Below, in pieces: positions 38,999 through 49,488 of a stretch of 64,000 bases of DNA (position 1 is its first letter; each line of letters begins with the position of its first letter). Below the pieces are notes generated by a model. The model did not search any database. It was not told the DNA's origin and was given only the letters and a program-made list of their open reading frames with translations. Made by a program: the position numbers and the translations under genes. The stretch is from Thermoproteota archaeon (GTDB lineage: Archaea; Korarchaeota; JAOZGF01; JAOZFZ01), in contig JAOZFT010000001.1 of NCBI GenBank assembly GCA_027492035.1, forward strand, positions 43,458 through 107,457, given 5' to 3'.

Positions 38999-39951
38999 AA
39001 AAGGCAAGTAATTTATGGAAGGAAAAAACTGCTTTACTTGAATTAAAGGGGGTTTGTTACAGTTACCCTGATGGAACAGAGGCACTGAATAACATAGACT
39101 TAACTATTTATAGAGGAGAGAAAGTGGCTGTTATAGGTCCTAATGGAGCCGGGAAAACAACCCTGCTTAAAATTTTAGATGGGCTAGTGCTCCCAACTAA
39201 AGGTGTGGCGAAAATTTTTGGCATGCCACTTAACAAAAAAATTTTAAACAGCAAAAAAATGTACAATGTCAGGAAAAGACTGGGTTTTGTTTTCCAAGAC
39301 CCAGATGTTGAACTTTTCTCAGCCACTGTATGGGATGACATAGCTTTTGGACCTTTACACCTAAACCTTTCACATAAGGAAATAGATAAGAGAGTGGAAG
39401 AGACTTTAAAACTTTTAAATATAGAAAATTTGAAGGATAAACATCCTTACAACCTCAGCGGTGGAGAGAAGAGAAAAGCAGCTATTGCAGCTGTTCTCAG
39501 TGTAGATCCGGAGGTATTGCTTCTAGATGAACCTACAGCAGATCTAGACCCAAGAAGCAAGGCTGAAGTTATTGATATAATAAATGAATTAAACAAGACA
39601 GGTAAAACAATTGTTACAGCAACTCAGGACATGGACATTGTCCCTGAACTTGCAGACAGGGTATATGTTTTAAATAAGGAGTTGATGGCTGAAGGAACAC
39701 CTAAAGAAATATTTTCAGATATTGAAATGTTAAAAAGAAACAATTTGGAAGTTCCTGAAGTGATGAAGCTCTTCGAAGTTTTGAAATGTTTCGGGTACGA
39801 CTACACAAGGTTACCTCTCTCAATTAATGAAGCAATAAAGGTGCTTACTGAAACAATTGAAACTGAGGGGGGACATATTCATTTACACATCCACGAACAT
39901 ACACATGAAGAAATAAAGAAACTGAAGGGAAAATATAACCATCACAGTTAA
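38995..39951 (+). CDS. cbiO: ECF ATPase (CbiO/NikO) with His-rich C-terminal tail
   Basis: GPNGAGKTT, LSGGE and LDEP motifs; GTGA overlap with cbiQ; tail HIHLHIHEHTH...HHS. Confidence 0.93.
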   Translation: MKKASNLWKEKTALLELKGVCYSYPDGTEALNNIDLTIYRGEKVAVIGPNGAGKTTLLKILDGLVLPTKGVAKIFGMPLNKKILNSKKMYNVRKRLGFVFQDPDVELFSATVWDDIAFGPLHLNLSHKEIDKRVEETLKLLNIENLKDKHPYNLSGGEKRKAAIAAVLSVDPEVLLLDEPTADLDPRSKAEVIDIINELNKTGKTIVTATQDMDIVPELADRVYVLNKELMAEGTPKEIFSDIEMLKRNNLEVPEVMKLFEVLKCFGYDYTRLPLSINEAIKVLTETIETEGGHIHLHIHEHTHEEIKKLKGKYNHHS

Positions 39952-40227
39952 GTTTTCTTCATTCCTTTAAATGTTCTGTTTTATTTATTTTTATGAAGTG
40001 TTTGAACTCTACTGCTCGAAAAATTTCTTCGTAAACCAGCTTATTCATTATAAATAAAAGGCTTCAGAGATTTTTCTTTATTAAAGTGTAAAATTCTTGA
40101 AGGCGGCAAAAGTTTAGGGATGATAATTTATGATAAGAAGTTGAAGAACCGAGAAATTTACAAAGGTTGTAGATAAGAGAGATTATTAAACTTTTGTAAG
40201 AGGGGAGAGGGTGTAGAGGGTAAAAAA

Positions 40228-40917
40228 ATGGTTACCGAATCAGTAAATGAAGAATCATTGATAGATAAGTTAAGAGGAATAATTAGAGAAGGGAAACAGG
40301 TAAGTAAGTTGATTTTTAAGATTTTAAGCTGTGGAAAAAGGTCGTTAACATTTGCAGAAATAATTGGTTTAGCTAGTGAAATAGTTACTTCTAATTTGGA
40401 TGAATTAATTGAAGAAAGTTTGTTAGTGATGGAGAAACTTAGACTCCTTCTACCAGTGCTTTCAAGGAACAGATTGTGTTTATCTTGGGAAAGCAGGAAA
40501 ATACTTTTCAGGTTGGACACAAAATTTGAGATACCAAACGTTATTGTTCATATTTTTAACGAGTTTCTTTCAACTGGAGAATGGAACTGGCGGAAAGCAG
40601 TTAAAAAATATTTTGAAGAAATAAGAAGCCCACGGAGAGAAGTCGTTCTTAGAATAATTGAGGAATTGATTGATGCAGCGTACAGTGGAGTTTATATAAA
40701 TGCAGGGATGATAGAGGAGAATTGTTCTAAATTCAAGATAGGCAAAGAAAGTGTTTCTGCTCTAATAGCTGAACTTAAGGGAGGAGGAATCATCAGCCCC
40801 TACATTGTCCCAGGTTTAACGAAACCCTTAAATGAGGCAGAGAAGAAACTTTTCCGTGAAGCACCTATTTACGAATTAAACAGGGCTCTTTTCCTGAAGG
40901 AAAAAGCCAATGAATAA
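40228..40917 (+). CDS. hypothetical protein, possibly tandem winged-helix
   Basis: 229-aa ORF with RBS; two helix-turn-helix-wing-like patterns (LIAELKGGGIISP...YELN). Confidence 0.65.
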   Translation: MVTESVNEESLIDKLRGIIREGKQVSKLIFKILSCGKRSLTFAEIIGLASEIVTSNLDELIEESLLVMEKLRLLLPVLSRNRLCLSWESRKILFRLDTKFEIPNVIVHIFNEFLSTGEWNWRKAVKKYFEEIRSPRREVVLRIIEELIDAAYSGVYINAGMIEENCSKFKIGKESVSALIAELKGGGIISPYIVPGLTKPLNEAEKKLFREAPIYELNRALFLKEKANE

Positions 40918-40947
40918 GGGGAAAGCTGTAAAAAGAAATTTGATAAT

Positions 40948-41946
40948 TTAATAAAGTTTGATAGTAGAGGAGAGAATGTCCAAAACTTCTTTCCTTTCCT
41001 GGGAAGTCAATTCTCGAGGGAAATTGAATAAGGGGCCGCTTGGTTTTTCATTATAGAAAGGTCTGTTACAGTGGGGGCAGCCCGATGTTTTAAAAGGCTC
41101 ACCAACCATTATTTCCTTTAACACTTCCTGTTCAGCAACTAAAATTTCATCTATGGCACCGTTTTTGTTCCATTTAATACTGAACTTTTCTCCATACCCT
41201 TTATTTAGTAAATAGTTTACTACTTGAAGTTTTCGGTAAGAGTACAGGTTTGGTGGATAGTTGAGGCCCATTTTTGTCCCTTTCACCGGTGTGAAAGCGA
41301 AAAGCCCCACTTTAACTCTTAAATTATTCATTTTACGGAGGAAAGAAACAACATCTTTCTCTCTCTCACCTAAACCTACAATTAAATGTGTATATACTTT
41401 CCCTTCACCGAAAACGTTCACGGCGTCTTTTAAAGCGTGGAAGTACGATTCCCAGGTGTATCCAGGCTTGATTTTATTAAAAATTTCTTTCTTCGCAGCA
41501 TCTAAAGGAAAACAAATGATATCTACTCCTAAATCTCTATATAAGCCAATTTCTTTTCTTCTAAGTGGAAAAACACTTAAAGAAATAGGTTTAAACTTAG
41601 GTAAGGCAGAAACCAGTCCCTTTAAGTATTCTTTAACCCCTTTAAAAACAGTTGTTTGGACACATACCCTCTTATATTTTGCTTTTCTTGTTTTTAGGGC
41701 TGAAACAAGTTTTTTTAAGGTGAAAACTGGCCACTTAATTCTTGACAAGCGACTTAAGTCACAGGAACTTGTTCTAGCTTGAGCACAGAAAGCACAATCC
41801 ATCAAACACTTACTGCCACTGTAACTCATTAAATAAATAGTTGTTGGGTAAACATCCATTTTCACATTTAAGAGACCTAACAAACCAGCTGAACCAATAG
41901 AAACCCTTACTCTAAAATTATCCAGGCCACTCAAATCTCCTACCAT
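40948..41946 (-). CDS. lipS2: radical SAM, archaeal-type lipoyl synthase subunit LipS2-like
   Basis: CLMDCAFCAQ and the C-terminal TSGCPHCNRP motif described for LipS2; paired with lipS1. Confidence 0.8.
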   Translation of the reverse strand: MVGDLSGLDNFRVRVSIGSAGLLGLLNVKMDVYPTTIYLMSYSGSKCLMDCAFCAQARTSSCDLSRLSRIKWPVFTLKKLVSALKTRKAKYKRVCVQTTVFKGVKEYLKGLVSALPKFKPISLSVFPLRRKEIGLYRDLGVDIICFPLDAAKKEIFNKIKPGYTWESYFHALKDAVNVFGEGKVYTHLIVGLGEREKDVVSFLRKMNNLRVKVGLFAFTPVKGTKMGLNYPPNLYSYRKLQVVNYLLNKGYGEKFSIKWNKNGAIDEILVAEQEVLKEIMVGEPFKTSGCPHCNRPFYNEKPSGPLFNFPRELTSQERKEVLDILSSTIKLY

Positions 41947-41988
41947 CACACCTCCCCTCTTCCTGAAACTGGGTAGGGAAAAAAGCAA

Positions 41989-42900
41989 TTAGAGGGCACA
42001 ACATTTCTTTTCAATCCTTAACTGCAACCCCTTCTTCCTAACGAAATCAAGAGTTTCTTTCTTTGGAAGAACAATTCCGTCTACACCACTTTTAATGGCT
42101 AAAACGTCAAACTTGTTCCTTTCAAACCAGGGGCGCATACATCCCAAATTTATTATTTTATCTGGGAACATTAACCTAGCCTTAGCTACAATGTAAGCCA
42201 CCTCCGTAGGTTCGGGAGGTTTAAGGTTCTGGTAAAATGTTCCTTTTGTAGGAACAAAAACTGTGATCACTATTTTTTGAGGATCCGCTTTTTTAAGAAT
42301 GTTTAAGGCTTTAACTTCGCCCCTTAATTTTCCTTTATAAAGGCCGACACATACGTGTGGAACAACCTCTTTCACACCAGCCCTCTTTAGGTTCTTAATT
42401 ACTTCTAAATAATCCTGTGGGGATTTGTTTAACCCATAAACCTCCTTTATTGTCTCTTCATCCCCTACAAAGTCGATAGAGACGGTATCAATTCCTGCTT
42501 CAACTATTTTTTCAGCATCTTTTTCGTTTACAAACCCGCAGTGTGCATTATAAACTAAATTAAATTTCTTTTTAGCTTTGAACAAAACCTTGCTAAATTT
42601 GTCGATAGGAACAATAAATCTCTGATCCAGTCCCCCACTTATAAGGAAACCTTCAGCTCCTTTGCTGTGAAGATGTTTCAACTTTTTGTAGAGTTCATTT
42701 TGGGAACGTACCTTAGTCATACCCTTCAAATAAATCCTTCCACAATGTTTGCAGTTAAGTGAACAGTTGGTTCCAGTTAAGGAAATAGAGGGAAAAAACC
42801 TACCCAGGTAGTAAATTGTTAAATTAGTGTTCCTACTCCTTTTCACCTTAAAAGCTTTCTCCAGTAACTTGTCTAAATTTTCAACCGGTGACATATACAT
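41989..42900 (-). CDS. lipS1: radical SAM, archaeal-type lipoyl synthase subunit LipS1-like
   Basis: CSLNCKHC, GCMRP and C-terminal CC motifs described for LipS1. Confidence 0.8.
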   Translation of the reverse strand: MYMSPVENLDKLLEKAFKVKRSRNTNLTIYYLGRFFPSISLTGTNCSLNCKHCGRIYLKGMTKVRSQNELYKKLKHLHSKGAEGFLISGGLDQRFIVPIDKFSKVLFKAKKKFNLVYNAHCGFVNEKDAEKIVEAGIDTVSIDFVGDEETIKEVYGLNKSPQDYLEVIKNLKRAGVKEVVPHVCVGLYKGKLRGEVKALNILKKADPQKIVITVFVPTKGTFYQNLKPPEPTEVAYIVAKARLMFPDKIINLGCMRPWFERNKFDVLAIKSGVDGIVLPKKETLDFVRKKGLQLRIEKKCCAL

Positions 42901-43060
42901 TCACAAGTAAAGAGAAACTAAACTCATGGAAAAATCTGGGAAAAATGAAAGAATTCCTAAAAGAAAAGTTATTTTCACTTTTTTAAATTGTTTTTAAATA
43001 GGGAGAAGATAGAGAGGAGAAATGAATAGTTCCTTAATTTGAAGGGGAGAGGTAGCTTAA

Positions 43061-44308
43061 ATGCCTATAAACTTTGACAATAAAGTTAAGTACAGGGAAG
43101 TAAAGGAGGTATACGCGGACATAAAAAGAATTTCTGAGTTTAAAAGGAAAGTAGAAACAGTAGATTTATATGAATCTTTAGGAAGAGTTTTAGCTGAGGA
43201 ACTGAAGTCTAAAATTGACTTTCCGCAAAAAAGCTTTTCCCATTTCGACGGATACGCAATTAACTCAAGAGATACAGAGGATGCTTCACCCGCAAACCCT
43301 GTTATTTTCAATGTTAAAGGCAAAGTTTTTCCAGGTGAAGAAGTAACCGTGAAACTTAAGGAGAAGGAGGCTTTTTACGTTGCAACAGGCGCTTATTTAC
43401 CAGAGAATGCTGACGCAGTCATTCCAGTAGAAAAAATAAAAGAAATTAAGGAAGGAGTAATTAAAATTTACCATAAAATAAAACGTTTTGAAAACGTGGT
43501 TTTGAAGGGTTCAGATTTCAGGAAAGGCCAAACAATTTTTAAGGCGGGGCATGAAGTAAAGCCTCTAGACTTAATGGCTTTAGCAGTTACAGAAAATTTT
43601 GAAGTAAGGGTTTTCAAAAAGGTAAAGGTTGCATTTTTTTCAGTTGGTAATGAACTTACAGACTCATTAAACCGGTTGAAGAGTGGAAAAAGATTTAGCT
43701 ACAACCTTACATTGTTAAATTTACTTAAGGAGAGGAAATGTGAAGCTGTAGATCTAGGCATTGTAGAAGATGAATTAAGAAAAGTAGAAATGAAAATTTC
43801 TGAAGCATTAAAAATCGGAGATATAGTTATAGTTGCAGGAGGATGCTCAGTAGGTGAGAAAGATTATGTCTTAAGAGCAGCTAAACAATTCAGAAGTTTC
43901 AAATTAATAACGAGAGGAATAAAAGTTCAACCAGGAAGAATGACAAGTGCAGCTTTTGTCCAAGGCAAACCTTTAATTATGCTTCCTGGCCATATCCAAT
44001 CGATGGTTACTGGCTTCTACTTAATAGCCAAACCATTAATAAACTATTTTTCGGGGCAGAAACTTGAAATAAGCAATAACGTAATTGAAGCATTAATTAA
44101 GGAAGAGGTAGAAATAAAAGGGTACTCCCCATTTTGGAGAGTTAGGTTTGTAGAATTGAAAAAGGAGAAAGGGAGATATGTCGCTAAACCTTTACTGGGT
44201 GATTCATCCCTATTTACCCCTCTTGTTAAGTCACAGGGCTTCACAATAATACCGCCCAAGAAAACAGTGTTAAGGAAAGGTGAAACAATAAAAATTTATA
44301 TCTATTAA
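43061..44308 (+). CDS. moeA: molybdopterin molybdenum/tungsten transferase
   Basis: GRVLAE, SHFDGYA, TGAYLPENADAV, GNEL, GGCSVGEKD and LPGH motifs. Confidence 0.92.
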   Translation: MPINFDNKVKYREVKEVYADIKRISEFKRKVETVDLYESLGRVLAEELKSKIDFPQKSFSHFDGYAINSRDTEDASPANPVIFNVKGKVFPGEEVTVKLKEKEAFYVATGAYLPENADAVIPVEKIKEIKEGVIKIYHKIKRFENVVLKGSDFRKGQTIFKAGHEVKPLDLMALAVTENFEVRVFKKVKVAFFSVGNELTDSLNRLKSGKRFSYNLTLLNLLKERKCEAVDLGIVEDELRKVEMKISEALKIGDIVIVAGGCSVGEKDYVLRAAKQFRSFKLITRGIKVQPGRMTSAAFVQGKPLIMLPGHIQSMVTGFYLIAKPLINYFSGQKLEISNNVIEALIKEEVEIKGYSPFWRVRFVELKKEKGRYVAKPLLGDSSLFTPLVKSQGFTIIPPKKTVLRKGETIKIYIY

Positions 44309-44428
44309 GGGGAGGCAGGAAGATTTTTAAAAGGGAAACATAGAGAAGATACTTTTGCAAAATAAAAATTTTTAAATAGATGTATCAAGAAAATATTCAA
44401 TCCTTTTCAAAAAAGTGAGGATGTAAAA

Positions 44429-46258
44429 ATGAATTTCGAGAAAAGAATGTGGGAAATCTTTGCAATAAGTGCATTAATAGGCATGATGCTGTTTGCGGGA
44501 TGTGTCGGGCAACCACCTACACCAACACCAACCCCAACACCTACAGCAACCCCAACACCAACCCCCACAGCAACACCAACCCCAACAGTTGTTAAACACC
44601 CTGACACAGTAACAGTAGCTACGATAGGTGAACCGGAGACACTGGACCCTGCTTGGGCATATGATACTGCAAGCGGGGAAGTAATTTTCAACGTTTACGA
44701 AACACTAATTTTCTTTGACGGTGAACATACCGACAAATTTGTGCCAAGAATAGCCACCAAAGTTCCCAGCGTTGAAAACGGTTTAATAAAGAAAAATGGC
44801 ACTGAAATATGGTTCCCTATTAGGGAAGGAATTTATTTCCACAATGGCGACCCCTTAACAGCAGAGGATGTTGAGTACTCCTTTGAAAGAGCAATGGTTC
44901 AAGACAGGGATGGTGGACCTGTTTGGATGCTTCTTGAGCCGTTACTCGGGGTAGACTCTACCCGTGACTCAGAAGGGAATATAGTAGTATCTTTTGAAGA
45001 CATAGATAAAGCAGTAGAAGTCAGGGGAGGTTTCGTTGTTTTCCACTTAAAGCAGCAATTCCCCATCACAACGTTCTTCCAAATCCTTTCACAAACTTGG
45101 TCATCAATAGTGGATAAAAAGTTCTGCATTGAACATGGAGACTGGCCTGGAACCGCTGAAACATGGAAACAATATAACAACCCTGAAGTTCCTCCACTGC
45201 AGGAGATTATGTGTGGTACAGGACCTTTCAAACTGTTAAGGTGGGAGAAGGGATCTCAAGTAATACTTGAGAGAAATGATAAGTACTGGAGAGGACCTGC
45301 AAAGATAAAGTGGGCTGTAATAAAGAAAGTTGATGAATGGTCTGACAGAAAACTTATGTTCATTAATGGTGACGCAGACATTGTCTATGTTCCCACTGCA
45401 CACATAAAGGAGCTAGAGGGAGTGGAGGGTATAAGAGTTGTAAAAGATCTTCCAGAGTTGGTGGTAGCTGCATTATTCTTCACTTTCGACATAGATCCAG
45501 AAAGCCCTTACATAGGAAGTGGAAAACTAGATGGGCAAGGAGTACCTCCCAACTTCTTCAATGACAAAAACATAAGATTGGCGTTTGCTTATTCCTTCGA
45601 TTACGACACCTACCTTAAGGAAGCTTGGTTAGGAGAAGCTGAACAACCTGCTTCACCAGTTATTAAGGGATTACCTTATAGAAATCCTGAGCAGGAGAAA
45701 TTCACTTTCGATTTAGACAAAGCAAAAAGCTACTTCAAAGTAGCATTTAACGGTGAAGTATGGAAAAAAGGATTCACAATGGATTTGCTCTATAACACAG
45801 GGAACGAACAAAGAAAGATAGCAGCGGAAGTTCTAAAAGAGAACATTGAGAGCCTAAATCCAAAGTTCCACATAAACGTAAGGGCTGTTGAGTGGCCTAT
45901 TTACCTAAGGGCAATGGTTAGAGGACAGCTACCCTGCTTCATAATAGGATGGCTAGCTGACTACCCTGATCCTCACAACTTTGTACACCCATTCATGCAT
46001 TCTCAAGGAGCATTTGCAGCATGGCAACACTACAGCAACCCTGAAGTGGACAAGTTAATCGATGAAGGAATAAGGACAATTAATCCCGACGCTAGGAAAC
46101 AAATATACTATAAATTACAGGAGATATATCATGAGGATGTCCCAAGTGTTCCTCTATATCAACCGTTAGGAAGACACTGGGAAAGAACATGGCTTCACGG
46201 ATGGTACTACAACCCAATATATCCAGGTGTCTACTTCTATCCGTTGTGGAAAGGCTAA
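44429..46258 (+). CDS. dppA: peptide/nickel ABC transporter substrate-binding lipoprotein (family 5)
   Basis: Lipobox LFAGC, PT linker; TLDPA..YD, GTGPF and GWLADYPDP motifs. Confidence 0.93.
   Translation: MNFEKRMWEIFAISALIGMMLFAGCVGQPPTPTPTPTPTATPTPTPTATPTPTVVKHPDTVTVATIGEPETLDPAWAYDTASGEVIFNVYETLIFFDGEHTDKFVPRIATKVPSVENGLIKKNGTEIWFPIREGIYFHNGDPLTAEDVEYSFERAMVQDRDGGPVWMLLEPLLGVDSTRDSEGNIVVSFEDIDKAVEVRGGFVVFHLKQQFPITTFFQILSQTWSSIVDKKFCIEHGDWPGTAETWKQYNNPEVPPLQEIMCGTGPFKLLRWEKGSQVILERNDKYWRGPAKIKWAVIKKVDEWSDRKLMFINGDADIVYVPTAHIKELEGVEGIRVVKDLPELVVAALFFTFDIDPESPYIGSGKLDGQGVPPNFFNDKNIRLAFAYSFDYDTYLKEAWLGEAEQPASPVIKGLPYRNPEQEKFTFDLDKAKSYFKVAFNGEVWKKGFTMDLLYNTGNEQRKIAAEVLKENIESLNPKFHINVRAVEWPIYLRAMVRGQLPCFIIGWLADYPDPHNFVHPFMHSQGAFAAWQHYSNPEVDKLIDEGIRTINPDARKQIYYKLQEIYHEDVPSVPLYQPLGRHWERTWLHGWYYNPIYPGVYFYPLWKG
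44513..44588 (+). repeat. Pro-Thr tandem repeat linker
   Basis: Degenerate ACACCA/ACCCCA hexamers encoding PPTPTPTPTPTATPTPTPTATPTPT. Confidence 0.9.
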
Positions 46259-46260
46259 AA

Positions 46261-46284
46261 CCCCTCTTCTTTTTCTTTTTTATT
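46261..46284 (+). terminator. oligo-T/pyrimidine tract after dppA
   Basis: CCCCTCTTCTTTTTCTTTTTTATT directly after the stop codon, archaeal terminator-like. Confidence 0.5.
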
Positions 46285-46369
46285 AAACAAACTTTTATAA
46301 ATTTTTGTAAGGTTTTGTGATGAAAAGCATATTGAAGAGAAAATTCCTCTTACCTGGTGACTGAAAGAG

Positions 46370-47401
46370 ATGGGCATGAGGGCTTATATTGCGCGGAGAC
46401 TTCTACTTTTAGTCCCTACCTTAATTGGTTTAAGTATTTTGATTTTTGCAGTTTTACAAGTTTTCAGCCCCGTGGAAAGGGCAGCTTTATACATTAGAGA
46501 CCCTAAAGCTGCTAAGAATATAGGGGCTATAATAAGGAAGTATCATTTGGATGCTCCTCTCTACGTCCAATACTTCACTTGGTTAAGTGAAGTATTGCAT
46601 GGGAATTTAGGATGGTCCAAAAGTGTAAACATGCCTGTTAGTGAGGCCATCAAAACCTTTTTACCTGCTACGGTGGAGCTTGTTGCATTCTCTATACCCT
46701 TAACGGTTATTGTAGGCATTTATCTCGGTGTTATTTCAGCAACTCATAAAGATAAAGCCTTGGACCATGCCACTAGAGCTCTTGCCATAGCTGGTTGGTC
46801 TCTTCCTTCTTTCTGGCTTGGCTTAGTTTTAATATCAATTTTCTATGGAGGATTAAAAATATTCCCACCCGGAAGACTTTCAACTGAACATTCCATAGTG
46901 GTTAACAGCCCAGGGTTTATACGTTACACAGGAATGAATACAATTGACGCTCTTTTAAACGGTAACTTAGAAATTTTTCTAGATGCATTGCAACACTTAA
47001 TTCTGCCAACTATTACTTTAACTACTATTAATATAGCTTTGATTGTGAGAATAATGCGTTCAGGCATGTTAGAGTCTCTTAGTAAAAATTATGTTTTGGC
47101 AGCTCGAGCTAAAGGACTGCCTGAGAAAGTTGTTATTAATAAACATGCTAGAAGAAATGCTTTAATTCCTGTAATTACAGTCTCAGGCTTATTAACTGCA
47201 GGGATGTTATCTGGAGTAGTTATAACAGAAACCGTTTTTAATTACCACGGTATTGGTTATTGGGCTGCTAATGCTGCTACTCAACTTGATATACCTGCTG
47301 TTTTAGGTTTTGCCATTTTTACCGGTCTCCTCTTTATTTTTGCAAATCTCATCGTAGATTTACTTTATGCTTATATTGACCCGAGAATTAGGTTAGAGTG
47401 A
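46370..47401 (+). CDS. dppB: peptide ABC permease
   Basis: PATVEL, SLPSFWLG, ARAKGL...HARRNA and IDPRIR motifs. Confidence 0.93.
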   Translation: MGMRAYIARRLLLLVPTLIGLSILIFAVLQVFSPVERAALYIRDPKAAKNIGAIIRKYHLDAPLYVQYFTWLSEVLHGNLGWSKSVNMPVSEAIKTFLPATVELVAFSIPLTVIVGIYLGVISATHKDKALDHATRALAIAGWSLPSFWLGLVLISIFYGGLKIFPPGRLSTEHSIVVNSPGFIRYTGMNTIDALLNGNLEIFLDALQHLILPTITLTTINIALIVRIMRSGMLESLSKNYVLAARAKGLPEKVVINKHARRNALIPVITVSGLLTAGMLSGVVITETVFNYHGIGYWAANAATQLDIPAVLGFAIFTGLLFIFANLIVDLLYAYIDPRIRLE

Positions 47402-47408
47402 TGAAGCG

Positions 47409-48335
47409 ATGAGTGGAAAAGAAGCTTCTGGTGGAGGGGGGAGGGAAGCATTCCTAAAGGAGTTAAAATTTACAGTTAAAAGGATAAGAGAAAGTCCTCT
47501 ATCGATTTTAGGCCTCGCCATAATTACTTTCTTTGTGTTAATAGCTGTTTTAGCACCTGTTATAGCTCCACCTAAAAAGGCAGACCCTTACATGATACCT
47601 AGGTATGGGTATACTCAGGAACCTAAACCTCCAAGCCCAGAGCATATTTTCGGAACTGCTCAAGGCCAGTACGACGTTTTTTATGGAGTTATTTGGGGAA
47701 CTAGGTCAGCTTTCAGAGTAGGTGTAATAGTGATTGGAATAACTATTTTAATAGGTGTCGCTATAGGTAGTGTCTCCGGTTACTATGGAGGCATAGTTGA
47801 TGAAGCGATGATGAGAATTACAGATATTATCCTTGCTTTTCCAGCTTTAATACTTGCAATGGCCTTGGTTGTAGCCTTCGGCCCTGGGCTTAACAGTGTA
47901 ATGCAAGCATTCATCTTAATTTGGTGGGCTAGTTACGCCAGAGTTACCCGAGGAGAAGTTTTAAAAATAAAGCAAGAGGATTTCGTTGAAGCTGCGAAAG
48001 CTATTGGCTGCAGCGACTTCCGCGTCATAACTAGACATATTCTGCCCAACATTATTTTTCCAGTTCTTATTATGGGGTCACTTGATATAGGGAGTGTGGT
48101 TTTAGTTGCTGCCGCCCTAAGTTTCTTGGGGTTAGGTGCACCTTTAGGTTACGCTGACTGGGGACAAATGATAAGTATATCAAGGAATTGGATACTTGGA
48201 AAGGCAGGAAACCCTTTTGCTTACTGGCACACTTTCATTATACCTGGTTTATTTATTTTCTTCTTTGTAATGGGCTGGAATTTGCTTGGAGACGCCTTCA
48301 GAGACATACTTGACCCTATGATGAGGAGAAGATAA
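47409..48335 (+). CDS. dppC: peptide ABC permease
   Basis: HIFGT..G.D, FVEAAKAIG, HILPN and GDAFRDILDP motifs. Confidence 0.93.
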   Translation: MSGKEASGGGGREAFLKELKFTVKRIRESPLSILGLAIITFFVLIAVLAPVIAPPKKADPYMIPRYGYTQEPKPPSPEHIFGTAQGQYDVFYGVIWGTRSAFRVGVIVIGITILIGVAIGSVSGYYGGIVDEAMMRITDIILAFPALILAMALVVAFGPGLNSVMQAFILIWWASYARVTRGEVLKIKQEDFVEAAKAIGCSDFRVITRHILPNIIFPVLIMGSLDIGSVVLVAAALSFLGLGAPLGYADWGQMISISRNWILGKAGNPFAYWHTFIIPGLFIFFFVMGWNLLGDAFRDILDPMMRRR

Positions 48336-48336
48336 A

Positions 48337-49482
48337 TTGGGAGAAATACTGAAAGTTGAAGATTTAAAAGTTAGGTTTTACACTTACGAAGGAATAGTTA
48401 AAGCTCTAGAGGGAGTAAATTTAGATGTTTTAGAAGGTGAAACCTTAGGAATAGTTGGAGAAACAGGATCCGGAAAAACAGTTACAAGTTTATCTATTCT
48501 TGTCCTGATTCCACCACCCGGAAGAATAGAAGAAGGAAAAATTCTTTTTAGGAGAGGTAAAGAATTTCTGGATTTCTTAAGAAATACACAGGTTATGTAT
48601 CAAATAAGAGGTAAAGAGATTTCAATGGTTTTTCAAGAACCTAACGCCGCTTTAAACCCGGTTTACACCGTAGGCGACCAAGTTTCCGAGGTTCTAGTTC
48701 TCCATAGGAGGAAAGAGTTTTTGAAAAAGACAGTTGAGGAAATAGAGGAAGAACTTGAAAGGGGGACGGGTTTCAAAAAGTTTCTGTTAAGGATTGAAAA
48801 GAAAATTTACTCGGGAATGTTAAAGGAACAACTTCCTCTGGCTTTACGGTTTCTTTTAAAGGTTCCAATCCTTAACAGGTTAGGTAAATCAAGGTTCAAT
48901 AAGGAAGTAAGGAATGAAGTAGTGAATATTCTTAGAGAGATGGGTATAGGGGATCCTGAAAGAGTTGTTGACATGTACCCTCACGAACTAAGTGGAGGCA
49001 TGCAGCAAAGGGTTGTAATAGCGATGGCTTTAGCCTGCAACCCAAAACTTTTAATTGCAGACGAACCCACTACTTCACTGGATGTTACAGTGCAGGCACA
49101 GATTCTAGACCTTATTAGGGAACTTAAAGAGAAATTTAAATCATCAATAATCTACGTCACTCACGACATGGGGGTAATAGCTGAACTCTGCGATCGAGTG
49201 GCAGTAATGTATGCAGGAACGATATGTGAAGTTGCAAATGTTTTAGAGTTGTTCAAAAACCCTCTACACCCCTACACAAAAGCATTACTTGAGTCAATAC
49301 CTAAACCAGGAAAAGAATTGAAAGCTATAAGAGGAACAGTTCCCAATTTAGTTGATCCTCCTTCAGGATGCCGATTCCACCCTAGATGTGATTACAATAT
49401 GCCTATTTGTTCAAAAGAGAAACCTGAATTGAGAGAAATAAAGAAGGGACATTATGTAGCTTGCCACTTATATAAGCGGTGA
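48337..49482 (+). CDS. dppD: peptide ABC ATPase with helical insertion
   Basis: [19 protein letters not shown] and GCRFHPRC motifs; about 60-aa insert. Confidence 0.93.
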   Translation: MGEILKVEDLKVRFYTYEGIVKALEGVNLDVLEGETLGIVGETGSGKTVTSLSILVLIPPPGRIEEGKILFRRGKEFLDFLRNTQVMYQIRGKEISMVFQEPNAALNPVYTVGDQVSEVLVLHRRKEFLKKTVEEIEEELERGTGFKKFLLRIEKKIYSGMLKEQLPLALRFLLKVPILNRLGKSRFNKEVRNEVVNILREMGIGDPERVVDMYPHELSGGMQQRVVIAMALACNPKLLIADEPTTSLDVTVQAQILDLIRELKEKFKSSIIYVTHDMGVIAELCDRVAVMYAGTICEVANVLELFKNPLHPYTKALLESIPKPGKELKAIRGTVPNLVDPPSGCRFHPRCDYNMPICSKEKPELREIKKGHYVACHLYKR

Positions 49483-49488
49483 ATACAT

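Noticed and set aside
44513-44588. Tandem repeats as CRISPR or contingency locus
   Set aside because: In-frame degenerate Pro-Thr codon repeats with no repeat-spacer structure
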